Source: Candidatus Cloacimonadales bacterium (GTDB taxonomy: Bacteria; Cloacimonadota; Cloacimonadia; Cloacimonadales; JAFGVF01). From it: a stretch of 64,000 bases of DNA. The translations under genes and the position numbers were made by a program. This document shows, piece after piece, positions 39,555 to 49,564 of this stretch. The stretch spans positions 1,056,001-1,120,000 of the forward strand of contig OY762964.1 of the NCBI GenBank assembly GCA_963667035.1, read 5' to 3'. Numbering within the stretch: position 1 is the first letter of the stretch; each line of letters starts with the position of its first letter. Under the pieces are notes generated by a model. The model was not told the origin of the DNA. It searched no databases and was given only the letters and a program-made list of their open reading frames with translations.

Positions 39555-41027
39555 ATGAAGACTATAAGGGTTAACAAAATCGCATTCAGGTTGAATGGAT
39601 GGTTGGTAAGAGCAGTTTGTAAGCCTGCTGAGACAGCGTTGGAAATGTTGCACAGGTTAGGAATGCTGAGCGTGAAAGAAGTGTGTTCGGAAGGAGATTG
39701 TGGGGCTTGTACAATAGCTGTAGGAGAGATTATCGAGTCGAAACTTCATTACAAATCCATCACTTCATGCATCTATCCGGCTACCAAACTCCATGGAAAA
39801 CATGTTGTTACTGTTGAAGGTTTAGGCTCTCCTGAAAACATGCACATAATACAAAAAGTGCTTTATGAAAACCACGGAACTCAATGTGGATTTTGTACAC
39901 CCGGTATTATTATGAGCATATTCTGTTTGTTAGTGGAGAATCGGAAACCTTTGATTGAGGATTTCAAAACAGCGTTAGAGGGCAATCTATGTAGGTGTAC
40001 AGGTTACAAGCATATTGTTAATGCGGGAGAAGAGCTTATTGCCAAAGTTCATGGTGAGTTACTGAATCATTCCGAAATATTAACTGATTCTGAGGAAAAA
40101 ATAATTAACGATTTAAAATCAATATCGGAAGATATACCAAGTTTAGAACAAGAAGTTGAAGACCATTATCCGGTAGAGTCTTATTTAATTCCAAAGAATC
40201 TGGATGATATGTATGGTTGTATGGAACGTAGGGGATATACAGTTATTTGTGGAGCTACCGATTTAGGTGTAGAAGCTAATATAAGGAGAGATTTCCATAC
40301 TGAGTACTTGGACATCTCGGAAGTTAAGGAGCTTCGGTACATTGATGAATTGGAGGGAGTAGTTAAGATAGGTGCAACCGCAACTTTGACTGAGATTATG
40401 AATGACCCGGTTGTTCAAAAATGGTTCCCTTCTTTGGTCGAGACTATCAAGATTATGTCTTCAACACAAATACGTAATGTCGCCTCGTTAGGTGGTAATA
40501 TTTGCAATGCCAGTCCTATTGCTGACGGGACATCTGCACTGCTTGGTTTGAATGCTAAACTGTTGATTGATGGTGTATGGGGTGAACGATTCATTAAGTT
40601 GAGTGATTTCTACAAGGGTTACAAAGACATAGATTTATCTGAGAATGAACTGATTGTCGCAATAGTGATACCTAAGAAGGAATTTACATATTCAGGTTTC
40701 ATAAAAAGCTCTAAACGTACCAATGTTGATATTTCCTCAGTAAACTCTTCAATGTCTGTCAGCATTCATGAAGGGGAAGTATATGATATGAACTTAGCAT
40801 TCGGTGGAGTGAAAGAATATCCTGCATTGGCTGAGAAAACTATGGAATACCTACTATTCAAACCGATAACAGATAAGGTGATAGAGAAAGCTATAAATAT
40901 TGCAGTTAATGAGTTTAATCCGATTAGTGACGTAAGAGGAAGTGATGAATATCGCTCTTTACTGATTAGGAACCATTTAAAGAAACACTTTGATAGATTA
41001 AAATTGGCTATGAATAGTCACTGCTAA
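39555..41027 (+). CDS. xdhA: Xanthine dehydrogenase small subunit (two [2Fe-2S] plus FAD domain)
   Basis: CSEGDCGACT, QCGFCTPG, GNLCRCTGY, GATDL, QIRNVASLGGNICNASPIAD, PISDVRGS. Confidence 0.93.
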   Translation: MKTIRVNKIAFRLNGWLVRAVCKPAETALEMLHRLGMLSVKEVCSEGDCGACTIAVGEIIESKLHYKSITSCIYPATKLHGKHVVTVEGLGSPENMHIIQKVLYENHGTQCGFCTPGIIMSIFCLLVENRKPLIEDFKTALEGNLCRCTGYKHIVNAGEELIAKVHGELLNHSEILTDSEEKIINDLKSISEDIPSLEQEVEDHYPVESYLIPKNLDDMYGCMERRGYTVICGATDLGVEANIRRDFHTEYLDISEVKELRYIDELEGVVKIGATATLTEIMNDPVVQKWFPSLVETIKIMSSTQIRNVASLGGNICNASPIADGTSALLGLNAKLLIDGVWGERFIKLSDFYKGYKDIDLSENELIVAIVIPKKEFTYSGFIKSSKRTNVDISSVNSSMSVSIHEGEVYDMNLAFGGVKEYPALAEKTMEYLLFKPITDKVIEKAINIAVNEFNPISDVRGSDEYRSLLIRNHLKKHFDRLKLAMNSHC

Positions 41028-41113
41028 GCATAACTTAATGTGTGACAACTAAAACTATTAAGGAAGTCTGTTTTCATAACTAATTACATACTCCCTTAAT
41101 ATGCGGAGAATTT

Positions 41114-43402
41114 ATGGATAAGGTTAAAGAAAGTAAGCATCTGAGCGGTAAGTTGCATGTATGTGGAACTTCCAGATTCATTGGTGAAGAGAATCTCCCT
41201 CAAGGAATGTTGTATGCCCACGTTGTGACTTCTAATGTTGCTCATGGGGAGATAGTTTTAATTGATGATTCCGAATTGGAAATGATAAGTGGTTTCAGAT
41301 ATCTGATTACAGCCAGAGACATACCCGGTAAAAATAATATAGCTCATGGAAATGGAGATAATCAACCTTTATTGCCTGATAAGTTAGTAAAGTACTACGG
41401 GCAACCTGTTGCAATAGTCTTAGCAGATGATGCCTGGACAGCCGAGTATGCTGCCGGTAAGGTAAAAGTTGAGATTAAAGAATTAAAACCAATACTATCT
41501 ATAGAAGAAGCTGTTGAAGCGAGTGAGTATTATATCAATCCCAGAAGAATTGAAAGAGGCGATCCGGATAAGGGATTTGCTGAAGCGGATTTGATAATTG
41601 AAAAGACTATTGAAACAGGAGCTCAAGAGCATTTTTACCTTGAAACTCAACGTTGTCTAGCTATCCCAGAAGATAATGGTTGCTTTACTCTTTATTCATC
41701 TACTCAATCTACATCAGAGACCCAGGAAGTTACAGCACATGTGCTGGGTTTGACTTCCAACAAGATTACAGTTGATGTGAAAAGATTAGGTGGAGCATTT
41801 GGCGGTAAAGAATCTCAGGCTACTTTATGGGGGGCTTTATCTGCTCTTGGAGCTTATGTCTCAAAGAAACCGGTTCTACTCCAATTGAGAAGACCTACCG
41901 ATATGCAATCGACGGGGAAAAGACATCCTTTCAAGAATAAATTCAAACTGGGAGTCAAATCCGATGGGAGGATTACTGCTTTCGAAAACATACTTTATTC
42001 TAATGGAGGAGCATACACGGATTTGTCCATTGCTATTCTGGAAAGAGGATTGTATCATTCAGACCACGCTTATTATATACCTAATTCTACCTTTGTCGGT
42101 TATCCTTGCAGGACAAATCTGCCTCCTAATACAGCCTTTCGTGGATTTGGAGCTCCGCAGGGAATAATGAGCATTGAGTATGCTCTTGATATTGCTTCCC
42201 GTAAGCTGGGTATTGACCCGTTAGAGATAAGGCGTATCAATTGTTATAAAGAGAATCAGACAACTCCTTATGGCATGGATGTATTCGAACCTGTTGGAGC
42301 TGAGATGCTCAGTTTGTTAAGCGAAAATGTTGATTATATAGCATTGAGAGAGCAAGTTGATAGATTTAACGAAGTAAACAAACACAAGAAACAAGGAATC
42401 GGAGTTATACCCGGTAAGTTCGGTATATCTTTTACTGCCGGATTTCTAAATCAAGGTTCTTCATTAGTTTGGATTTATGCCGATGGAACAATCTCGGTAT
42501 CGCACGGTGGAATAGAAATGGGGCAGCAGGTGAATACTAAGGTTTGTCAGGTTGTAGCGGAAACTCTTGGAGTCAATATGGATAGAATCCGTATAGAATC
42601 TGCCAATACTAAAAGAGTAGGTAATGCTTCTCCTACTGCAGCATCTACAGGAAGCGATATAAATGGTTATGCTGCAAGAAATGCGGCTCTAAAATTGAAA
42701 GAACGACTATTATTAATTGCTGAGAGCTATTGGAAAGATAATGGTTTAGTGATTAAACATGAGATAGTAATAGATAAAGACTTCTTTGTATCGGGAGATA
42801 TAAAAGTACCATTTAGTGATTTAGTTCATTATGCCTATTTCAATTGTGTTGATTTAGGTGCACATGGATATTATCATACACCGGGAATAGAATTCGACCA
42901 TGAAAAGGGTAAAGGACGACCGTTTGCGTACTTTGTTTATGGTGCCGCTTTATCGCTTGTAGAAGTTGACCTGTATACCGGGGAATATTCACTAAAGAAG
43001 GTCTCGATAGTTCACGATAACTCATCCCCGATAAATGCAGAGATTGATAAGGGACAAATCTACGGAGCTTTTACACAAGGTTACGGACTATGTACTATGG
43101 AAGAGCTTCCTTATGATAAAAAGGGACGCTATTTAGCAGTTAATCCTTCCACATACAAGATACCTTGCATTAAAGATATTCCTGATGATTTTAATGTAGA
43201 TATGGTGACTGTTGAGAGAGAACATGCTAGCGTAATGGGAAGTAAGGCCGTTGGTGAGCCACCATTGATATATGGGTTATCAGTGTGGTTAGCCTTGTTT
43301 GATGTTGTAAAGAAATGCAATCCCGATTATGATGATTTAAAGTTTCCTGCTACTCCCGAAGCAGTTTTGATGGCAATATCCAATGAAGGAGATAACTTAT
43401 GA
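41114..43402 (+). CDS. xdhB: Xanthine dehydrogenase molybdopterin-binding subunit
   Basis: QEHFYLE, RLGGAFGGKE, AFRGFGAPQG, GIEMGQ, SPTAASTGSD, SKAVGEPP (catalytic Glu). Confidence 0.94.
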   Translation: MDKVKESKHLSGKLHVCGTSRFIGEENLPQGMLYAHVVTSNVAHGEIVLIDDSELEMISGFRYLITARDIPGKNNIAHGNGDNQPLLPDKLVKYYGQPVAIVLADDAWTAEYAAGKVKVEIKELKPILSIEEAVEASEYYINPRRIERGDPDKGFAEADLIIEKTIETGAQEHFYLETQRCLAIPEDNGCFTLYSSTQSTSETQEVTAHVLGLTSNKITVDVKRLGGAFGGKESQATLWGALSALGAYVSKKPVLLQLRRPTDMQSTGKRHPFKNKFKLGVKSDGRITAFENILYSNGGAYTDLSIAILERGLYHSDHAYYIPNSTFVGYPCRTNLPPNTAFRGFGAPQGIMSIEYALDIASRKLGIDPLEIRRINCYKENQTTPYGMDVFEPVGAEMLSLLSENVDYIALREQVDRFNEVNKHKKQGIGVIPGKFGISFTAGFLNQGSSLVWIYADGTISVSHGGIEMGQQVNTKVCQVVAETLGVNMDRIRIESANTKRVGNASPTAASTGSDINGYAARNAALKLKERLLLIAESYWKDNGLVIKHEIVIDKDFFVSGDIKVPFSDLVHYAYFNCVDLGAHGYYHTPGIEFDHEKGKGRPFAYFVYGAALSLVEVDLYTGEYSLKKVSIVHDNSSPINAEIDKGQIYGAFTQGYGLCTMEELPYDKKGRYLAVNPSTYKIPCIKDIPDDFNVDMVTVEREHASVMGSKAVGEPPLIYGLSVWLALFDVVKKCNPDYDDLKFPATPEAVLMAISNEGDNL

Positions 43403-45861
43403 GGCTAACTGATGCTCAATTACAAAATGAAATAGAGAGATGTGCTTATTGTGAAGAAAAACCATGTACTAAAGCATGCCCTGTCGGATGCAGTCCTGCT
43501 GATTTCTTAATGGCTGCTAAAACGGGGAACAATAGTGATTATAAAAGAGCAGCAAGCATGATTCTATCTATGAATCCCCTGGGCTCTGTGTGTGGGGATG
43601 TTTGCCCGGATAAGCATTGCATGGAGGCATGTTCTCACAAACTATTTGATGCTCCTATTAGAATACCAGACTGTCAAGCTACAATTATGGCTAAAGCAAG
43701 AGAGTTGGGAGCTATGCCAGAGTTTAGAGTTCATGAGAGTAACAACAAGTGTATTGCAATCTTAGGTGCAGGTCCTGCAGGATGGGGTGCTGCTGTTGTA
43801 TTGGCTCAATTGGGATATAATATAGATATTTATGACAGAGAGATCGAGATTGGGGGAGCTATGCTCTACATTCCTGATCATAGACTTGATAAAACAATAC
43901 TGAGAGATGATATTGAATTCTTCATGAATGAGGATAGAATTCAGTTTTACCCTGATACTGAGATTACGGATTTAAATGAGTTAAGGGCAAACTATGATGC
44001 AGTTATCATAGCAACAGGATTATGGGATGTGATGAATTTACCTATTCCGGGAAATGAATATGGAATAGGATGGGATAAGTTTTTGAAGCTGGAAGATGAC
44101 CTTTCCGGTAAGTCAATAGCCGTAATCGGTGGAGGTGCTATTGCACTTGATTGTGCAGTAACAGCACAGAAAGCAGAAGCCACTTTAGTTGATATGATTA
44201 TGCTTGAGAACACATCCGAGATGCTGTTGTCAGTAAAAGAGCGTGAAGAACTGAGAGAGAACAACATCAATACTATCTGCCGTACTCAAGTAACTGCTAT
44301 AACTAATACAGATTCAAATCAACTCAGTGTTGCAGGTGAAAGAGTTAAACTGGAAAGCGAAACATTCTCATTGAAAGGAATAAAAGCTATTAAAGGTACA
44401 GAGCATTTCATAAATGACTATGATTACATTGTCTGGGCAATAGGCTCAAGACAGGAGATAAGCTTTGAAGAGCAAAATGGTTTGTTCTTTGCAGGTGATT
44501 TCAAAAATGGAGCAACCACTGTTGTTGAAGCAGTGGCTTCAGGAAAGAATGCAGCAAGCAGAGTTGATGCCTTTGTTTTTGATATACCCAAATCATCTAT
44601 TGAAAATGAACTCCACTCTGATGTTGAGCTGATGGGAGTAATAAAATATCCGGTTAACTTAAAGTGTGATTTCTTCGGGAAAGAGTTATCTACACCATTT
44701 ATTCTGTCTGCATCACCTCCTTCAGATGGCTATGAGCAAATGAAAAGAGCTTTTGAAGCAGGTTGGTCCGGTGGTGTAATGAAGACAGTCTTTGATGGTC
44801 TTGATATTCATATCCCGAGTGAATACATGTTTAAAATTACTAATGATACTTATGCAAATTGTGACAATGTTTCGGGTCATCCTTTAGAAAGAGCAGCATT
44901 TGAAGCAGCACAGCTGATTGAAGAATACCCTGATAGATTGATAATGGTCTCCACGGGTGGACCTGTGACTGGTGATGATGAGAAGGATAAAGCCGTTTGG
45001 CAATCCAATACAAGAAAGCTTGAACAAGCAGGTGTACATGGAATTGAGTATTCGTTATCGTGTCCCCAAGGTGGAGATGGTACTGAAGGTGATATAGTAT
45101 CTCAAAATGCTCCATTAACTGCTAAGATAGTAGAATGGATAATGGAGATTTCGAATCCTGACATCCCTAAACTGTTTAAGCTAACAGGAGCAGTTACGTC
45201 CGTTATCCCGATTCTTAGAGCTATTAAAGCTGTCTTAGATAAGTATCCGGACAAGAAAGCGGGAGTAACACTTGCCAATTCATTCCCTTCTTTGGAGTTT
45301 AGAGATACAGGTAAGGGAAAGTGGGATGAAGGTATAATTGTAGGTTTAAGCGGAGAAGGTGTACGCAATATATCTAATCTTACACTTGCTAATGCTTCAA
45401 GTGAAGGTCTATACATATCAGGTAACGGTGGACCTATGAACTATAAAGCAATTGCTGATTTCTTGGCTCTCGGAGTTGGCTCTGTTCAACTTTGCACAGC
45501 ACCAACTAAATATGGAGTGAACTATTTCAATGAGTTAGCTCAAGGACTTTCCTATTATATGAAAGAGAGGGGTATTGGCAGTATTGCCGAGTTACGTGGT
45601 ATTGCTTTGCCTAATCCTGTTACTGACTTCATGGATCTTACTCCTGTTAAGAGGATCTCGGATGTGAATCCTGAACTTTGTGTATCATGCGGGAATTGTG
45701 CTCGTTGTCCATACATGGCAATAGAGCTTAATAAAAAGGGTATTCCCGAGACAAATCCTGAAAAGTGTATCGGTTGTAGTATCTGTGTTCAGAAGTGCTT
45801 TACCGGGGCTATGTTTATGCGTGAGAGAACCAAGGAAGAAGCTGAAGCACTCAAAGAATAA
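43399..45861 (+). CDS. Fused dihydropyrimidine dehydrogenase-like reductase (PreT-PreA architecture)
   Basis: N-terminal CxxC...C...CP Fe-S, GAGPAG FAD and GGGAIALD NAD(P) motifs; DHODH-like barrel with LSCP and KLT; C-terminal two CxxCxxCxxxC ferredoxin-type motifs. Confidence 0.87.
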   Translation: MRLTDAQLQNEIERCAYCEEKPCTKACPVGCSPADFLMAAKTGNNSDYKRAASMILSMNPLGSVCGDVCPDKHCMEACSHKLFDAPIRIPDCQATIMAKARELGAMPEFRVHESNNKCIAILGAGPAGWGAAVVLAQLGYNIDIYDREIEIGGAMLYIPDHRLDKTILRDDIEFFMNEDRIQFYPDTEITDLNELRANYDAVIIATGLWDVMNLPIPGNEYGIGWDKFLKLEDDLSGKSIAVIGGGAIALDCAVTAQKAEATLVDMIMLENTSEMLLSVKEREELRENNINTICRTQVTAITNTDSNQLSVAGERVKLESETFSLKGIKAIKGTEHFINDYDYIVWAIGSRQEISFEEQNGLFFAGDFKNGATTVVEAVASGKNAASRVDAFVFDIPKSSIENELHSDVELMGVIKYPVNLKCDFFGKELSTPFILSASPPSDGYEQMKRAFEAGWSGGVMKTVFDGLDIHIPSEYMFKITNDTYANCDNVSGHPLERAAFEAAQLIEEYPDRLIMVSTGGPVTGDDEKDKAVWQSNTRKLEQAGVHGIEYSLSCPQGGDGTEGDIVSQNAPLTAKIVEWIMEISNPDIPKLFKLTGAVTSVIPILRAIKAVLDKYPDKKAGVTLANSFPSLEFRDTGKGKWDEGIIVGLSGEGVRNISNLTLANASSEGLYISGNGGPMNYKAIADFLALGVGSVQLCTAPTKYGVNYFNELAQGLSYYMKERGIGSIAELRGIALPNPVTDFMDLTPVKRISDVNPELCVSCGNCARCPYMAIELNKKGIPETNPEKCIGCSICVQKCFTGAMFMRERTKEEAEALKE

Positions 45862-45870
45862 GGAACAATT

Positions 45871-47199
45871 ATGAAAATTAGAATAAAGAATGGGATTATT
45901 ATAACATTAAATGCCAATCAAGATGTTTTATACAACCATGATCTGGTAATTAACGATGAGTTTATAGAAGGTGTCTATCCCTCAGACACTGTAAATGGGG
46001 TCTTCGATAAAGAGATAGACGCAACCGATAAAGTTATAATGCCGGGATATATTAATGCTCACATGCATTTCTATTCTACAATGGTTAGAGGTCTTGGTAA
46101 AGCAAAACCATCAGCTAACTTCAATGAAGTACTTGAGAATCTATGGTGGCGTTTGGATAAGAAACTCATGCTGGAAGATGTTTATTACAGTGCATTAATC
46201 ATGCAGGTAGAGGCTATCAAGAAAGGTTGCACTACTCTCATTGACCACCATGCAAGTCCATTTGCAGTTTTAGGTTCACTCACAGAGATTGAGAAAGGTT
46301 TTATCGGAACAGGATTAAGAGGTAGTCTGTGTTATGAGCTATCCGATAGAGATGGTGAACATATCATGAATGAAGGGATTGAAGAGAATGTCTCATTTAT
46401 CAAGAGGTGTAAAGAAAGGGGTGGTGATATGCTCTCAGGTATGTTTGGAATGCATGCATCATTTACTATCTCAGATAAGACAATGCAGAAAGCCGTTGAT
46501 GCTAATAGCAGTCTAAACACAGGTTTCCATATCCACTGTGCAGAGGCGGACAGTGACCAGCAGGAGACTATCAAAATGACTGGTATGCGTGTTGTAGAAC
46601 GACTTTACAAGGAATGTATTCTAGGAGCAAAGACTATTTGTGCTCATGGTGTTCATCTTAATGACGAAGAGTATAGACTACTAGCTGAGACAGATACAAT
46701 GGTTGTTCATAATCCTCAATCAAACATGAACAATGCTGTTGGGATTGCCGATGTAGTGAAACTCAGCGAACATAGTATTCTAACAGGTTTGGGAACTGAT
46801 GCTATGACAGTTGATATGGCTCAAGAAGTAAGAGTTGCTATGTGGGCTCAACATCTAAAGCAGAATAATCCTACTGCTGCTTTTATGGAAGTTGCAAACC
46901 TTTTATATAAGAATAATGCTAAGATTGCTAATCGTGTGTTCAACGGACTGAAAATCGGACAGCTTACTAAAGGTTACAAAGCCGATGTCATACTTTGTGA
47001 TTATCTACCACCGACTGAACTTAACAATGCAACTGCTTTGGGACATTTAATCTATGGTGTGAGCGGAGCAACTGTTGACACAACTATTTGTAACGGTAGA
47101 GTTCTGATGGAGAATAAACTATTGCAACTTGATTTGGATGAAGTAGAGATTAACAAGAAATCAAGAGCATTATCAACTGAATTATGGAATAGATTTTAG
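45871..47199 (+). CDS. ssnA: SsnA-type metal-dependent amidohydrolase
   Basis: NAHMHFYS, LENLWWRLD, DHHASP, HASFT, HIHCAE, HNPQSNMNNAVG, GTD. Confidence 0.9.
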   Translation: MKIRIKNGIIITLNANQDVLYNHDLVINDEFIEGVYPSDTVNGVFDKEIDATDKVIMPGYINAHMHFYSTMVRGLGKAKPSANFNEVLENLWWRLDKKLMLEDVYYSALIMQVEAIKKGCTTLIDHHASPFAVLGSLTEIEKGFIGTGLRGSLCYELSDRDGEHIMNEGIEENVSFIKRCKERGGDMLSGMFGMHASFTISDKTMQKAVDANSSLNTGFHIHCAEADSDQQETIKMTGMRVVERLYKECILGAKTICAHGVHLNDEEYRLLAETDTMVVHNPQSNMNNAVGIADVVKLSEHSILTGLGTDAMTVDMAQEVRVAMWAQHLKQNNPTAAFMEVANLLYKNNAKIANRVFNGLKIGQLTKGYKADVILCDYLPPTELNNATALGHLIYGVSGATVDTTICNGRVLMENKLLQLDLDEVEINKKSRALSTELWNRF

Positions 47200-47208
47200 G
47201 AGAGATAA

Positions 47209-48411
47209 ATGGAATTGTATAAAAAGATTTATGATAGAGCAAAAGAAATAGAACCCATTATTGCCGACTTCCTTTCTCGTTTAGTACAAACACCATCTTT
47301 CTCAATGAAAGAAAGAGATGTTGTAGAAGTTATTCGGAAAGAGATGGAAAAGCTAGACTTTGATGAAATTAGAGTTGATGCTCTTGGCTCAATAATAGGT
47401 CGAATTGGTACCGGTAAAAGACTTATCGCATTTGACGCACATATTGACACTGTATATCCTGGTAATAGAGATAACTGGGATTTCGAACCGTTCAGTGGGC
47501 ATATCAAAGATGGATATCTATGGGGTAGAGGTGCTTCAGATCAAAAAGGTGGTCTTGCATCCATGATTTATGCAGCTAAGCTCATCAAAGAATTAGACCT
47601 TAATGATGAGTTTACAATTCTCTTTACCGGTACTGTGATGGAAGAGGACTGCGATGGTATTGCTTGGGAACACATGATTAAGGAAGATAATATCCGTCCG
47701 GAACTAGTTGTCAGCACTGAACCTACCTCCCTTAGCATATATAGAGGACAACGAGGCAGAATGGAAATATCTGCTGAAGTAAGAGGAATCTCTTGTCACG
47801 GTTCAGCTCCTGAGAGAGGTGATAATGCTATTTATAAAATGGCTCGTATTGCTTTTGAGATAGAAAAGCTTAACGATAATCTTCAACATGATGATTTCTT
47901 GGGGAAGGGTACAATTACAACTTCTGTATTTAAATCCGATAGTCCTTCTCAATGTGCTGTAGCTGATTATGCATATCTACAAGTTGACAGAAGGCTTACT
48001 GACGGTGAAACAAAAGAACTTGCTGTTAAGCAATTAAGCGAATGTGCTGAAAGAGCAGGTGTGGAAGCTGATATAAAGGTTTTGACTTATGAAGAGAAAG
48101 CTTACACTGGCAAGGTATATCCCGTCGAAAAATATTATCCGACTTGGGTATTAGATAAAGATTCAATTTATCTTGATAAAGCGGAAACTGCTTTCATCAA
48201 TATCTTCAACAAGAAGCCACTTATTGATAAATGGACATTCTCCACAAACTGCGTGTTTATAATGGGTAAGCATCCCGAGATTAAATGTATGGGTTTCGGT
48301 CCCGGTGACGAAGACCAAGCACATGCTCCGAATGAGAGAATCAAAGTATCTGATTTAGGTGATGCAACAGCATTCTATGCAGGACTGGTAGCACAACTTA
48401 ACGGCAGGTAA
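47209..48411 (+). CDS. ygeY: YgeY-family M20 metallohydrolase
   Basis: DAHIDTV, GRGASDQKGG, VMEEDCDG, RGQRGRME, SCHGSAPERGDNAIYKM, WTFSTN, AHAPNE. Confidence 0.92.
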   Translation: MELYKKIYDRAKEIEPIIADFLSRLVQTPSFSMKERDVVEVIRKEMEKLDFDEIRVDALGSIIGRIGTGKRLIAFDAHIDTVYPGNRDNWDFEPFSGHIKDGYLWGRGASDQKGGLASMIYAAKLIKELDLNDEFTILFTGTVMEEDCDGIAWEHMIKEDNIRPELVVSTEPTSLSIYRGQRGRMEISAEVRGISCHGSAPERGDNAIYKMARIAFEIEKLNDNLQHDDFLGKGTITTSVFKSDSPSQCAVADYAYLQVDRRLTDGETKELAVKQLSECAERAGVEADIKVLTYEEKAYTGKVYPVEKYYPTWVLDKDSIYLDKAETAFINIFNKKPLIDKWTFSTNCVFIMGKHPEIKCMGFGPGDEDQAHAPNERIKVSDLGDATAFYAGLVAQLNGR

Positions 48412-48412
48412 T

Positions 48413-49564
48413 ATGCAATACTACGAATGTATTGAGTGTGGCAAAAAGTACTCAACCGAAGAGGTGCATTATCTTTGTGATGCATGCGGTAAGGATTGGC
48501 ATCCCGGTACCCCGTTAAGAGGTGTGTTAAAAACAATTCTTGATTACGAGATGATTAAGCGTGAGTTCAATTTTAAGAAACCCGATTGGAATCTCTTTTT
48601 TCCTGTGGATAGAAAGTTCTATCCTCCCATTAGCATAGGGAATACTCCTTTCTTTAATGCCGATAAACTTAGTCAAGAGTATGGTTTCACAGTCTCAATC
48701 AAATTTGACGGTTGTAATCCAAGCGGTTCTTTAAAGGACAGAGCTTCATTCTTGGTTGTTGCTGAAGCGATAAGACTGGGGAGAAAGGAAATTGTTTGTG
48801 CATCTACAGGTAATGCCGCTTCTGCATTAGCTACGATTTGTGCCTCAACTGATGTAAAAGCAAAAATATTTGTTTCCCAATCAGCTCCCGAAGCTAAGCT
48901 GATACAAATGAAATTAAGTGGTGCGGAAGTAGTTGAAGTTAAGGGGAGTTATGACGATGCATTTAAAGTATCAATTGAAGATACGGAACAGCATGGGACT
49001 CTAAATAGGAACACTGCTTTTCATCCTCTGACAATTGAAGGAAAGAAGACAGTTGCTTTTGAAATCTATGAGCAAAACGGATTCAAAGTTCCTGATTATA
49101 TTGTCATTCCTGTTGGGGACGGAGTAATTCTTTCTGGAGTTGCAAAAGGATTCGAAGATTTACTACAGGTGGGATTCATAAACAGGCTCCCAAGACTGGT
49201 GTCAGTTCAAACTGCTACATCTGATGCGATAAATAATTACTTTGATACAGGAGATTATAGGGACGCAGTAAACCCCGATACGGTAGCCGATTCTATCAGT
49301 GTTAAGACGCCTTCAAATCTTTATATGGCAGTGAAGTATCTTAATACATTTAAAGGAATTTCTATAACAGTACCGGAAGAGAATATATTACCTGCCCAGA
49401 AAGCTCTATTTAGGAAGTCAGGTGTTTTTGCAGAGCCTGCCGCAGCTGTGACATATTTAGCATTGGAGCATCTAAAGGGTAGGATTAGCAGTAACGAGCA
49501 AGTAGTACTTCTTGTTACCGGACACGGTCTGAAAGACATTGCGAGTGCTAAAAAGAATGTCTAA
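48413..49564 (+). CDS. PLP-dependent fold-type II enzyme, threonine synthase-like, with N-terminal Zn ribbon
   Basis: CIECG...CDAC; GNTP, NPSGSLKDR (PLP Lys), ASTGNA, EGKKT, PVGDG, EPAAA, TGHGLKD. Confidence 0.85.
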   Translation: MQYYECIECGKKYSTEEVHYLCDACGKDWHPGTPLRGVLKTILDYEMIKREFNFKKPDWNLFFPVDRKFYPPISIGNTPFFNADKLSQEYGFTVSIKFDGCNPSGSLKDRASFLVVAEAIRLGRKEIVCASTGNAASALATICASTDVKAKIFVSQSAPEAKLIQMKLSGAEVVEVKGSYDDAFKVSIEDTEQHGTLNRNTAFHPLTIEGKKTVAFEIYEQNGFKVPDYIVIPVGDGVILSGVAKGFEDLLQVGFINRLPRLVSVQTATSDAINNYFDTGDYRDAVNPDTVADSISVKTPSNLYMAVKYLNTFKGISITVPEENILPAQKALFRKSGVFAEPAAAVTYLALEHLKGRISSNEQVVLLVTGHGLKDIASAKKNV

